A DNA stretch of 64,000 bases, taken from NCBI RefSeq assembly GCF_030028105.1, contig NC_092379.1:26219821-26283820 (forward strand), given 5' to 3'. The notes below the pieces were generated by a model, which had not been told where the DNA came from, searched no databases, and was given only the letters and a program-made list of their open reading frames with translations. This DNA comes from Mobula birostris (lineage: Eukaryota). Within the stretch, counting starts at the first letter, position 1. Every line of letters begins with the position of its first letter. Shown one piece after another: positions 1-13,155 of the stretch. The position numbers were made by a program, and so were the translations under genes.

Positions 1-779
1 TTTTGCACTTTGGAAGGACAAACCAAGGTAGAACATACAGGGTTAATGGTAAGACACTGAGGAGTGCAGTATGACAGAGGGATATGGTAATAGAGGTACA
101 CAATTCCCTAAAAGTGGCGTCACCGGTAGATAGGGTCGTAAAGAGAGTTTTCGGTACATTAGCCTTTATTAATCAAAGTATTGAGAATAAGAGCTGAAAT
201 ATGATGATGAGGTTGTATGAAGCATTGGTGAGGAAGAATTTGGAGTATTGTGTTCAGTTTTGGTCACCCAGTTACAGGAAGAACATTAATAAGGTTGAGA
301 GAGTGCAGAGAAGGTTTACAAGAATGTTGCCAGGAATTGAAAAACACAGTCACAGAGCAAGGTTGAATAGGTTAGGGCTTTATTCCCTGGAGCGTAGCAG
401 AATGAGGGGAAATTTGATAGTGGCATATAAAATTATGATGGGTACAGACAGAATGAATACAAGCAGGTTTTGTTTTCCACTGAGGCAAGGGAAGAAAAAA
501 CAGAGGAGATGGGGGGAAAGTATAAAGGGAGCATTAAGGGAGGCTTCTTCTTTACACAGAGAGTGGCGGGACTGTGGAATGAGCTGCCAGACGACGTGGT
601 AAATGCGGGCTCTTTTTTTTTAACATTTCAGAATAAATTGGACAGATACATGGATGGGAGGTATATGGAGGGATATTGTCCGTGTACAGGTCAGTGGGAC
701 CAGGCAGAAAATTTTTCGGCAGAGCCAAGAAATTCCAAAAGGCCTGTTTCTGTGCTGTAGTTTTTCTATGGTTTCTATG
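1..779 (+). mobile_element. CR1 LINE, 3' fragment (ORF2 C-terminus plus 3' UTR)
   Basis: ORF 201-602 has LEYCVQFWSP...VERVQRRFTRMLPG...LGLYSLERSRMRGNLI, the CR1 RT C-terminal signature. The fragment ends in the CR1 (ttctatg)n tail. Confidence 0.93.
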
Positions 780-2917
780 ATAAGCCGGAAGAACAAAATG
801 GAGATGTAAATTGTTACCCATTTTACAGTAATAAAGTGAATTCGAAGACGTTATATTGAAACGACGTTATATTGAAACGATTGTATTTGAAGTATTAAGT
901 TTTTGAGAAGGAAGTACGTCAAGTTCATTTATAATAAATAATTAATAGTAATATTTGTTCTCGAATTTGTCTGCGGAATAGTAGTGAGATCTCTTCCAGA
1001 TGATAATCTACAGTTGTGAACAGATATTCGTATAACAGCGGCAACAATGATACAAAGATTGAATTTAGAGAACACCTTTCCCAGAAAACATGCAGGAAAG
1101 CAGCGTCGAACCGAGACTCAATTAATCAACAACTGCATCACCGATGCTTCAATTTGCAGAATTTGTGTGGGCAATTCCTGCTCCAATTTCTTCGTTTTAC
1201 TTTTTAAATGCAGGACGCTGGCGTCTTCTGCATTAATGGCAAATATCTGAATGTACGGAAGATGACTACAATGTCAGTAAGAATTGGAATGCATATAATG
1301 GTACACTACTGTTCTCTGTTCTAAGAAAAAAAAACATTAACCTAATTCAAAGAGAGTCGCGGGAGTCGGTAAGTGTGTCCCGTTTCGCGTTTCCTTACTG
1401 TGAGGCACACGCATATCACGTGTTTGCACAATGACGTGTGACGTTCACGTATATGCATATAACTGCTAATATATTATTTAATCGAAGCAGAATGGTTAAG
1501 CAAACTATGTGCATACACATTATTACTGACATATTATTGAAATATTTTATGCACAGCACCAGCATTTTGAAAATTTGAGGGCAGATTTACTGCACCCTGC
1601 CACGGCCTTCGGCTACGGGACATTTTCCTGCAGTGAACTGCTACAAAAATCGTTGCTGTGGGTGCAACTAGTTCAGTGGTCTTCTTATTGTAACTGACCA
1701 TAACTGCATTAGCGATTGGGGGACAAAATTTCAATTCGAGCATGTATTAGCAGTTTTCAGAAGGAAAACAAGAGATTGCGAAGATTTATTCCTGGATCAA
1801 ATAACGAGTTACATGTGGTACATGGAATATAATATGAATAACGGGGATGTCATATACTGCCGATGGAAAAAAATGAAAACACTTTTTAATTTGGTTTGAT
1901 AGAAACTTAGATATATGGCAGTGTAATTGATCTCAGAGCCAATCGTCGAACTCGAATTACTCCATCAGAAACAACAAGGAATTAGGAAAACATTATGAAG
2001 TAGATAGCTGAATTGGAAGATAGTAGGGTAACATCCAGTCAGCTTTAAAGAGTGCTCTCGCGATAACCCCATTGAGTTTAATCACCACATTTAGAAAAAA
2101 AAAATGTAGAGTAATAGAAAAAAGTCGTCAGGTTATCCTCTGCGATAAACTGTATCATGTCCATAAAGAAAGTCGGAACGTGTAAATATTCCGAAAACGC
2201 TGAGAAAATATATACATATATGACAGGAGGTTACTGAAACATACTGTCTGGCGTTGTTCTTGCCAGTGGATTTTCTGGAAAGTGTTTCTTCTCGTTGTGA
2301 TATCTTGTCCAAGAAAAATATATCAGTACGTTAAAAAAGTTAGGAGTTTTATTTCCAACACAAAAATTAGCCAAGAACTTACTCATCCATGGATCTTTGA
2401 ATGTTTAGGGCAGAAACATGTAGAATCACAGTCCATAAGATTAAATTCAGATCGGAAACTGGACATTTATTTCAGATTTAATCTGTTCAAGGAGCATGGG
2501 TCAGAAAAGGAGAGCGAGTTAGGGATAAGATTACATGACACAACGTTTTATTTAACAATGTAGCAGATGTGACAGGTCTATTCGCCTAACATTGCCGTCA
2601 TTCGTCATTTCAATGCAGTTAAAGAAAGTTCAGTTGTGGAGAAAGTCCGAGAAAGAAGTTCAAGTATGTCTCTGAGTAATTGTAGGTGCTGCGGTCATTT
2701 TGAGTGGAAGAACGGATTGTGCAAATATATAAAGAAAAGATTATATAGGATGGAAATAGTCTGCTTCCCAATAATTTCTCGTCTGCTCTGTCTAGGCACT
2801 GGGTCTTGCTTCATTCAAGACTAGCTCTGAGTCCAAATGTAGAAGACACAATTTCACCGGGTTCTCTCGGACCATGAATTACAGAATGATCTCAACAGAT
2901 AAGTTGGAAAACAAAAT

Positions 2918-3815
2918 CATAGTCGTAGTCATGGTCATACTTTATTTATCCCGGGGGCAATTGGTTTTCGTTACAGTTGCACCATAAATAATTAAATAGT
3001 AATAAACCATAAATAGCTAAATAGTAATATGTAAATTATGGCAGGGAATAAGTACAGGAGCAGCCTATTAGCTCAGGGTGTCTGACCCTCCAAGGGAGGA
3101 GTTGTAAAGTTTGATGGCCACAGGCAGGAATGACCTCCTATGACGCTCTGTTTTGCATCTCGCTGGAATGAGTGTCTGGCTGAATGTACTCCTGTGACCA
3201 ACCAGTACATTATGTAGTGAATGGGAGACATTGTCCGAGATGGCATGCAACTTGGACAGCATCCTCTTTTCAGACACCGTCGTCAGAGAGTGCAGTTCCA
3301 TCCCCACAACATTACGGGCCTTACGAATGAGTTTGTTGATTCTGTTGCTGTCAGCTACCCTCAGCCTGCTGCTCCACCACACAACAGCAAACATGATCGC
3401 ACTGGTCACCACAGACTCGTACAGCATCCTCAGCATGGCCCGGCAGATGTTAAGGGACTTCCGTCTCCTCAGGAAAAAGAGACGGTTCTGACCCTTCTTG
3501 TAGACAGCTTCAATGTTCTTTGACCAGTCCAGTTTATTGTGTATTCTTATCCCCAGGTACTTGTAATCCTCCACCATGTCCATACTGACCCCCTGGATGG
3601 AAACAGGGGTCGCCGGTACATTTGCTCAACTCACGTCTACCACCAGCTCCTTAGTCTTTTATCATATTAAACTGCAGATAATTCTGCTCACACCATATGA
3701 CAAAGTTTCCTACCGTAGCCCTGTACTCAGCCTCATCTCCCCTGCAGATGCATCCAACTATGGCAGAGTCATCAGAAAACTTCTAAAGATGATAAGACTC
3801 TGTGCAGTATGGAAT
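2918..3815 (-). mobile_element. Rex1/Babar-type LINE, 5'-truncated
   Basis: The minus strand encodes KFSDDSAIVGCI (RT motif, ~3750-3785) and ORF 3068-3583 (YKYLGIRIHNKLDW...RRSFLPVAIKLYN). The 3' tail is aataaagtatgaccatgactacgactatg. Confidence 0.88.
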
Positions 3816-4284
3816 AGTTAAAATGATTGAACACAATGAACTCTGCCAAATTATTTCTTGCTCCAATACAACAAATACAAGCAGCCGAGAGGCCGTATTT
3901 GCTTGAAAATGCCAATGGAAATGTGAACTCTCTGTCAAATATAGCGCTTCCACTAACCTTTCGAATAATCTCTTATTACGTGTTTCACTTAACTCACTGG
4001 GTTACGCGACCACGTACTCTGCAATGGCAAATATGACCTGCATCAATATTTTTGCATTTAGTAATTGTTCTTCAAGGTCATTGTGTATACCGTCATACGT
4101 GTTTTGCTGCACTGAAATGTGACACAATTTCATAGTTCTACTTGAGTTATATCTGCTGCTGACAAGCGACTGAAGATTGAGCTACTAAAGCTATGTGAAA
4201 GAGTTAATTTCCCTCCGAGAGCACGGACTGGACAAAAGTAAATAATTTCTCATTTCCGTTATAACTGCAAGGGCATACACAATC

Positions 4285-4575
4285 AACATAGAACATACAG
4301 CGTAGAATTCTAGGGAACATTACAAGACCTTCGGTGTACGATGTTGTGCTGAACATATAATCTACTCTAGACATGTCCTAGAATCTCCGTAGTGCATATC
4401 CATTTAATTTTCTAAGCTCTATGTACCTATCTGAGGGTATTAAGAACCCTATTTGATGTGCTTGCACCACCCCAGTCAGCAGTGCATTCCACGCACCCAC
4501 AACTCTCTGTTGAAAACGGACCCCCTCGGTAACGATTTTCAAGCACCTTAACACAATGCCCCCTGGCTTTAGCCA
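4285..4575 (-). mobile_element. Decayed CR1 3' end
   Basis: It starts with the reverse complement of the CR1 tail (aacatagaacatacag), and ORF 4378-4596 contains FQQRVVGAWNAL. Confidence 0.8.
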
Positions 4576-5620
4576 TTTAACCCTGGGGAAAAACAAAGCC
4601 CCCCAAAAAAAAAAAAATCAACTATTGCTATCCACGGAATCAATGCGCTCATGAGCTTATACAAGACTCCTCTGACATTCCTGTTTACATCCTTCAATGT
4701 ACAGTAACTACGAAACATTTTGAAAAACATATATTATTGGACACTCATGGCTGATCCCCCCGATGACAAACCCTTACAAGAGGTGGTGATTGGTAGAAAA
4801 TTGTACACCTGGCAACGTTTATTTCAGAATGGTAAATTTCATATTCAGTTTGATGTCATTGAACGTGAAAGTTTGCAAATTAATTCTTCTCGTTTCTCTG
4901 GTGCAAAGTAACGAAGATTGTTGTGTGCACAGCGATTGATATAGCACATGTGGAGTCCATGCACATCTTTGACATGCCGTATTTAGCAGCAGCTTCCTTC
5001 ACCAAAGCCTGCTCCGCTCCATATTCCAGCATTTTCTCCGCTTGAAATTTCCAGAGATTTGTCGAGAATTACGTTTTAAATCACTCAGGTGAGAATGCAC
5101 TGTCATGAAAACTCAATGCTTCGTATGTATTGCAGTTGTAAGCATCTGCTTCTTGTCGAGAACAGTTTTGCCATTATAATGCAGAGATACATGACCGAGG
5201 TGGAGAAAACAGCTCCGGAATACTTAAAGTAACCTGAATACTGTCTTTCTCATGCACTCCAGAAAATCAATCTTTAAATCGGGCGACTGGTGTGCATAAG
5301 CAATACATAATCTCTTCAGCAGATATCCCAGCGTTTCTCCTGTACACGGTGGGTACGAGGAAGCGACATCTGCATTAAGCATTGCACAATAATTAAAGTT
5401 CCATTCTATATTGTGTCTTTACACAACTATTATCTCCGATGGTTCCTGGGAGACAAACTATTCGTCAGAGGTTCCTACAGAGGCTAAAAATAATTGTGAA
5501 CAGCCCGAGGGTATATCTGGGATCCTGTGAAGTACAAGATGGATCCTGGGAACCGTCAAGTACAGGGATCGTTATCAGTAAAGGATTCGAGGTGCGTTGG
5601 AACGAAAATGAGGACGGAAG

Positions 5621-5622
<2 letters not shown>

Positions 5623-5695
<73 letters not shown>

Positions 5696-5702
5696 CTCTC
5701 TC
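5623..5702. repeat. (TC)n microsatellite, ~40 units
   Basis: Near-perfect TC run with one G substitution. Confidence 0.98.
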
Positions 5703-8139
5703 GGACATACCGCACAGTCGCCCTAAATGACTATCATCAGGGCATCCCTGCTCTATTTTATTAAACCTGCGTCCAACCTGTTTGCAATAGTTGAAAGCTA
5801 TCATCATTGTCATCATTGATTCTCCAAACCGCTCTGCCGCATCCTGTCATGCTAAGGCGTTGGGTGTTCGAAGATATTATACCTCCACGCTGCGTCAAAC
5901 GTTCTTTCGCTTGGAAGCTCTGTGTATGCCATATGTTTAAATACATTGAGAATATCTGTGTTCCGAGAATAGATTTCATTTGGGCAAGATCAGAATCATT
6001 AGAGACTAACAACTATAATATTTTTATTCCATTTTAACGGAGTTCATTTTGTTAAAAATATGCATGATACCTGTTTAAGTTAATTTATGTTTATTAATGA
6101 TGCTTACATGATTCTATCTGACTAGCATGCTGCTGTCAGGTTTTAAATCAACTGTTCTTAACTTTTTTTTTATGTGAAGAAACTTCTCTTTGAATTTGCT
6201 CTGGCTTTACGGCATGTGTCCTGGGAGCTGACACGATAGGTGAGTTGAAAGAAAATTAGATGCAATTTTACCGACGCCATTGATAGTGCAGTAATGTTCC
6301 AGAAGGAAGTTACATTACCATGGGTTGCACAGCAAGTTTGCTTAAATTTGCGATTTGATGTATTCAATTCTAAGATGAAGATTTTCGTGCGTATCGGCTC
6401 GCCGGCGAAGACTCCAAGGAGGAAGCATTATAAAGATATAAACAGGGACGTATCCGATTCTCAATGCTGATATCAGCTTTATAAACTCAGGTCTTCTTTA
6501 GATTACGAGACATTCTGAATACCGGAAAGAATGAGAACATGGTTTGTAGGAAATCGAAAAAATATATCAGATTCATCAAGATATGCTGATGCTGTTTCAG
6601 CATTTGATGCCATTTTTATCAAATGTTCTTATTTGACAAACATAATTCAGAAGTAATTTTGTATGTGAAATGCAGCATAGAAGATAACAGCATATTGAGG
6701 AATCACGACGTTTCAGTCTTACTGTCTGTCGTTCCTCAGCCAGAAATGCAGACGGGTCCCGCGTGAGGCACTCACTCCTGCACCGATACGTCAGAATCAG
6801 GAATAATATAGGAGTCCCTTGTCAATAATATTGCCGCGGCTAATCGGAGGTCAGACTGACTGGTGGGTCGTCCCACGGGGAGGGCTGCTACCAAGCGCGA
6901 TCCCTTCACCAGAGAGGTGACCTTTTTTTTTTTTTTCTTTCTTGTTACAACGGGTGGAGAAAGTAGATATATGGAGCCGAAGTGTGAAAATATAGGAACA
7001 TCTTCCGAAAATAAATCGGCAATTAATCAAACAGAGAAGAAAAGAGATGAAACTACAGTGCGACTCAATAGATGGACAGTCTGACGTTTCGGAGCGTTTA
7101 CGTTCCTATCTCTATATCAGCGGGCATACTGAAGTACCAAACACGATTCCAGAACGTCTCGTGGGACCAAGCTGTGATAAATCCATACGGATTGAAGGTG
7201 TTTATGTCACAGCCATATTTATACAGGTTGGCAAGTTATTTGCTTGATAGATCCTTTTACAACCGGTATTTCACTCATGCATGTATATAATTGAAGCCAC
7301 TCAGTGCGTTTCAGCTTCGTGCTGATGTGTATCCGTACGATGGTTACTTGTTGTTGAAGATGGAGTTTTCCAAGCATATGTTGGGGTAACTGAGATTATT
7401 GACAGTTTCGAAAACTATTATATTCCGCCTCGGATGGAGCACAGAGTGACAGGAACCCCAGATCTGACCGGAATGTCCGAGGAATAGAAACTAATTTCAG
7501 CCGAGAAGATGCGTTTTCTACCGAGGAGTCTGATGTTAGTTAATCCATGAGTATTTGCCACACGACTGCAGCCACCAACAGATGTCTCGTCGGGTAGCAT
7601 CAATGTTGATGAGGATGCTTGGCAAAGTCGTTTTAAACTGACCAAAGATAAATTCGGTTGTGGGACAGAGGGAACTCAGTCACTGGAAGCCATGAATGAT
7701 CCTTAGGGAAAGACATCCTCTTGTAGACTGGGTCCGAAAAGGTGTTAAATCTATAGGACCAAAGAATGGGATAGTGAGGTCTTAATGACTCCAGAGGCCC
7801 CGGATAGTGTGGCGTATGATGCAACGCGGGGACGGAGTGTTCCATCTATCCTTGCGAAGTATGTCACTACTATTCACAAATATATTGGGAGTTCTGATAT
7901 CACAAATTCATTGGAAAACTGTATTATGAAACAGTTTAATATGTTTCAAGGTCATGAGGATATGACTATTTTTTGGGGGAAGAATGTAGCACCCTGGTTA
8001 AGGTTTTTACTTCTGTGTCGTAGGGATTTCATTGTAGTAGTTCTGTAAAAAGCAGTCTGTTCTATAATCAGCTTATTTTGGATCTGAACTAAAGATTAGC
8101 GGCTTTGTTGTTCAACTTAGGAGCGTGGCGTCAGCCAAC

Positions 8140-8570
8140 TACGATGGTGTAATTGGAAGAAGATTCTACAAAACACGAGGAGGAGATGTTTTGTGTGGGA
8201 CTCCAGTGGGTGTGGATGCCATATTTGGCAGAAGCTGGGAGAAGACAGCAAGAAAAATCGCTGAGGATGCTAACCCTACTGCACAAGGTGCTTTGTTCAG
8301 ATGAAAACTTCAAGGAAGTCTGTCTTGTGAGACCCGTTTGTACGAGATAGATTGCAAGCGAGAACCGTCGCATTGGATTGTCTTCATATTTCTATCTCGC
8401 ACTCTGATCTTTCTCCAACTGAAGTCACAGAAATAGTAGATATGAAAACCCTAGGCGAGTATTCAGCAAATGCACAGACGGGTGTGTGTGGGATCTGCAT
8501 GTGATGAATCGTAATTAACTTCGTACTCCAATCTTAGGGTTCATTCTACTCTAGGAAAACCAGTAGCATC
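8140..8570 (-). mobile_element. Decayed dispersed repeat, homologous to 39240-39600; possibly a Penelope-like ORF N-terminus
   Basis: Shares motifs with the 39.3-39.6 kb copy (gcacaaggtgct; gaga[c/t]ccgtt[t/g]gta[c/t]gagat; ctccaatct). The family assignment is tentative. Confidence 0.45.
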
Positions 8571-8579
8571 AAGGGAAAC

Positions 8580-9112
8580 GAGTTATAGTGCCTCTGACGG
8601 TAATCTTCGTGCAATTTCTGACACGCACGTTTCGCTGCCGTTGTTGCTGCGCGATCGAGAAATCTTCCGAAGGAAGGCCTCAGAATCCCCGACTTTGCCT
8701 GTCTGCTCTTGGCGACCGGGATTGAGGTCGAATCGTTCGGATAGAGATGGTGCTCGGTATTCGGTGTTGGAGAGCCGATCGGAGGCTTGAAGTTTTTCGG
8801 ACGACTCAGAGTCGGGCTGTGATCGGGCATGGCAGGGAGAGGTTTTCTTCCTTCTCTCGTCTGCGTGAGATGTGGGACATTTGAGAGCCGTTGAACTTTT
8901 CACTGTGCTCATGGACTGTTCTTCATCAAGTTATGGTATTGTTGCACTGGTGTAACTGTATGTCATAATTATGTGGTTTTGTTACTTTTTTCAGTCTTGG
9001 TTTGTCCTGTGTTTTGTATATCACACCGGAGGACATATTGTATCATATTTTAACGCATGCATTACTAAATGACAATAAAAAAAGTACTGCGTGTCTTCAT
9101 AATCTAATCTAA
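8580..9112 (+). mobile_element. LINE 3' UTR remnant
   Basis: Ends in aaatgacaataaa...cataatctaatctaat, a poly(A) signal plus a short tandem tail typical of LINE 3' ends. Confidence 0.55.
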
Positions 9113-10095
9113 TAGATACATTGGTAACTTCGGTACAACCACGGGCCATCGCGGTTTTCTACTGCTGAAATTGAACTACGGCATAAGCCGTCACAGTTGC
9201 CATACACTCATCCCTAGAAAATGTGGATATCAAAGCCTCGGACATTGGATTGCGGACGAAAGCGTGAATATCGAATTCATGAATCTGAACAGAATCGTCG
9301 ATCAGCTACTAGAATTAAACGTCAATGACGAGCAGCTTCCCTCCCAGCATCTGAATTGAAAAGCAAAATAATAAAGTAATGGACTGGAGCGCCTAAGGCT
9401 CATCCACACCATCGATGTTCCACGGTACTGCGTTCTCGATTCTATTCACTTTCCCTGGAGTTCGTTGTCAATTTATGTTTTCAATCTGTTTTCAGATTTG
9501 CCGCTAACACTAGCAGTGGTCCGAAACTCAACAGTCGATTGACGGGGAACATGATGGAGACAGAGATCAAATTGCACCGAATGGACGTAACGACCAAGTA
9601 ACCATCAAGATAATAACTGGAAGGTAGATAAATAAAAAAAAAACTGATCAGTTGCGATATGTCTATATTTATTTAAGTGTTGCTCCCGAAAACATCCATC
9701 CTTCGGTTTTCTGTTTGTAAGTATAGTTCACTGTGTCATGGTCAACCGATGTTGAAATCCTTGTGGTGCCACCGATCTGGACGGTTACACAGAATTTTGG
9801 AATCGTTGAAGCAGGTCAGAGCCACACTCTCCCAGGATGATCATGAGATGAAGTATTTTTTTTTTTTTTTGTCAATCCATGAAAGTAGATAAACAACATA
9901 ATGGAGGTAGAAACTACCAGCTTTAATAACCACTCAATTGTAGAAAGAAACAGGCTTGCTAAATCGAAGAAAACGAGAAAGAACAAAGAAAATAAGAGAC
10001 AGAAGCAGAAAACTAGATAGATCGATACATTAATGGGCAGATTAACATATAGAAAAATAAAGAGAAGGTATGGGAAGAAAGTGAAAGAGGGAACG

Positions 10096-10300
10096 NNNNN
10101 NNNNNNNNNNNNNNNNNNNNNNNNNNNNNNNNNNNNNNNNNNNNNNNNNNNNNNNNNNNNNNNNNNNNNNNNNNNNNNNNNNNNNNNNNNNNNNNNNNNN
10201 NNNNNNNNNNNNNNNNNNNNNNNNNNNNNNNNNNNNNNNNNNNNNNNNNNNNNNNNNNNNNNNNNNNNNNNNNNNNNNNNNNNNNNNNNNNNNNNNNNNN
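10096..10300. other. Assembly gap (205 N)
   Basis: Run of N. Confidence 1.
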
Positions 10301-13155
10301 CAAAGATACACACAAGCATGCTCCTGGCTAGAGAGAGTGGGAAGTCTCAATTACATTTTCATGGTGTTTGCCTAATTTTATTATTCCGCGTGGTCCGCTT
10401 TGGACTTAACATGGAATTTTATTTCCCTGCTCATTTTCACCATAATCGTTTTTACGGGGAAGTTCACGGGTTTTGCATGTTAGACAGAATATACTGACTA
10501 TGAATAAGCCTATTAACCACTGACTTGTAGAAAACAGTAAAAACAATCGATTAACCATCTGCCAACAAATGAGAATTCTTAAAACCACCCTGAATAACAA
10601 ACATACGGCTGTAAACGTCGATCAACCATTCATTCAGCTGTTACTTCATTAAGTTTCGGCATTTTACTGAAATGCAACAGTGAACACTCACCAGGAACTG
10701 ATCTACGCGTGATCTAATGTCAATATTCTATATCCAGCATACATCCCCAACGGTTCTTCAGCACAGATCCCGACGGTAGCCCGACCTGTCAGAAATCTAG
10801 CCGCAGTATTCTTGACAGATAACAGCAAAAGTACCACTTTCTTTTCGAGCAGCTGAGCTAGCGCATGCCTTAGTACCGCCTGCCCATACAATGCTGTGAA
10901 TTGTGCGAAACCATCTTTTCTCTGGTGATAGCCATCTTCCTTCAAAGTGCAACAAAGCAATTTCGTTCAGGAGTCTGGTTCACCAGCACCAGTAGGATAA
11001 CAGGCGTGTGGTATTTTCTACTTAACAATCCGTATCCTCCATTCAGGATAATTTTATTCTACTGTTTTTGTGAGCAGTGACACTATTCCCAGGGTGTTAA
11101 AATCTGCCCTCCCTTCCACCAAATTTACTCAAGTCCTCATAACATTATGATTATTTGCCAAACCTACATTCAAAGCAGAAAATCCAACACTGGTGTACAA
11201 TGCTGTGACATAGCTCCCCAATGCATTTAGATAACAAACTCTGTTCCCACTGTGCTACGTAGGCCAGCCTATCCGGTTGTCTCATTTGTTTAAGACTCTG
11301 TATCGGCTCATCTACTCCTTTAGGTTCCGACACTACTTGGGATACTTCCGGTCTACCTGGCGAGGCCTTCCCCGATGTATGACTCGTGTCCTCCTGAAAA
11401 TTGGAACCCTTGTGTAAACCCCACTTCATCCCGTGCTGGTTCCCGCTGGACCCCGCTGTCCACAAATAACATCTCCCACATCTTCCCCCGCCCCGCCCCC
11501 CCAATTCAGATGAGACAGTGTGAAGGATTGGGAATATGTTCCAAACTCAGTGGGGAGTTAGCAAAAGGAAACCTATAACACACCCCCATTTACTCATCCT
11601 CCCAATCAGTATCCCATACAGGGGCGGGGGCTGGTCTATTCGCTCATACTGTTGGTAGTTCAGACCCCGTGCGACAAACACAGTCCACCTACTAGTTTCA
11701 AGCTCCAGTTCAGACTCTGGGTCAACCAGCTTGTCTTGTCTCAGAAGCAGAAGGTGGTTCCGATCGAAAATCGTGACAGACTCATTCCCATCCTGGTCTC
11801 TCCCAGAAAATTTGTATCTCTGCCACCTGAATCTTCACTTCATATGGCGGAGCCGCCCACCGGTCAGCCAGTGTATGCTTCCCAATTAGCCCAACATTTC
11901 CTCAGATGTACCGGTCTCCCGGCATGACTTGGGAGGAACTAACCTTTCGATCATACCTTCACTTATTTGCTTGACTCAGCTCGGCATCCGCGACCTCAGC
12001 TAGTTCATTACACTTTTTAAGCTCCCTTCTCATATTAGACACATACTTAAAATACATTTCAGTAGTAGGTCTTCCTCGCTAGTCTCAAAGCAAAAGTCGA
12101 TGAATAACCTCGCCCCGCACCCGAACACGAGACAATGTGGCGAGTACCTGGTATAATCATTTCGTTTGCAGTTGTAGCTGTGGACCAGCAGTTTAATACG
12201 TTGACACCACAAGGTCAAAGGGCCCCGCATTCGATAAGTGGGACAACGTTGAGGTCATCTTTGGCACCGTCTTCCCGCGAGTGCATCGAATGCAAGGTTT
12301 ATAATATTCCTTGACCATCGGCTAATTCGGGGCAAGTAAAACCGTTCTCTGTGCAATCCATAGATCTTTTCAACTCTGGAATGTCCGGGACCACCATTAA
12401 CTGACTTGAACACAACTCTCCGATATTTCTCAGGCAGAACCAGTTGGGAACGCCGAGGCAGATCAGGAGGCTACGTGACCTGGTAAAGGTTCTGTTTCAC
12501 CAACTCTGGGCTGGGACATTCTCTCAGTAATCGAGGCACCGTAGCGTTTTTCGTCCTGTCCGCTTGCGCCATGTCTCCCTTCTCGACCGCTAACCAAATA
12601 GTACCGATACTTGAGCCATCTCGCTCAGCAACTGCCACATCCCCAGGACTTAATTCCGGTAACTGGTTTGTCTTCGGAGCAATAACGTTAAGCAAACTTA
12701 CTCAATGGCGTAATTAGAAGCTCCGAATTTATCTACCATTCAGTCCTATCTTTGAATTCTCTCTGCCTTCACTGCGATGTCCAACTGACATATGGCTTTC
12801 GCTCCCGGGGTAACAACGTTCTCCCACTCTTCGTCCATATCTAGCCCTTCATGAGTACATCGGGACAAAGCACCAGAGTCAATGCTGCTCCTTTCCGACC
12901 AGTACTTCAGGCTGAAATCACAGGCAGACACTTCCACCAACCACCGATGGAGAGGACAGCAGCAGACAATTTCAAACGATATCCAGATATGTTAGGGGAT
13001 TGTTGTCCGTCCTCAACTCAAACCTGGCACCATAGTGGTAGTCATCAAACTTATTCACCACAGCCTATTTCAACGCCAGAAACTCCAACATGTGCATGGA
13101 TAGACGTTCTTAGAATGCGACCTATTGCGGCAACAGAGGCAACAGGTTGCAAAAT

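Noticed and set aside
825-880. TATTACTGT (YYC) on the minus strand next to a 16-bp tandem duplication
   Set aside because: No V framework upstream and no heptamer downstream.
1420-1452. CACGTG/TGACG cluster as an enhancer or second V promoter
   Set aside because: No leader exon or V segment is nearby on either strand, and short motifs alone are insufficient.
1608-1625. FGYGT as a J-segment FGxG motif
   Set aside because: No upstream 12-RSS, no LxV ending and no splice donor.
5439-5816. SL/ER dipeptide-repeat ORFs (also the HT repeats at ~18.1 kb and ~58.1 kb)
   Set aside because: These are translations of microsatellites.
7050-7240. Minus-strand C-x13-W spacing and a degenerate YYC-like end suggesting an Ig domain relic
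   Set aside because: The W-to-C distance is too short, there are multiple stops, and no RSS or splice support.
9705-9735. CACTGTG with an upstream T-rich tract as an RSS
   Set aside because: No acceptable nonamer at 12 or 23 nt spacing and no J-like coding sequence.
9816-10497. ORFs spanning the N gap (also 29249-29509)
   Set aside because: Their length is an artefact of translating Ns.
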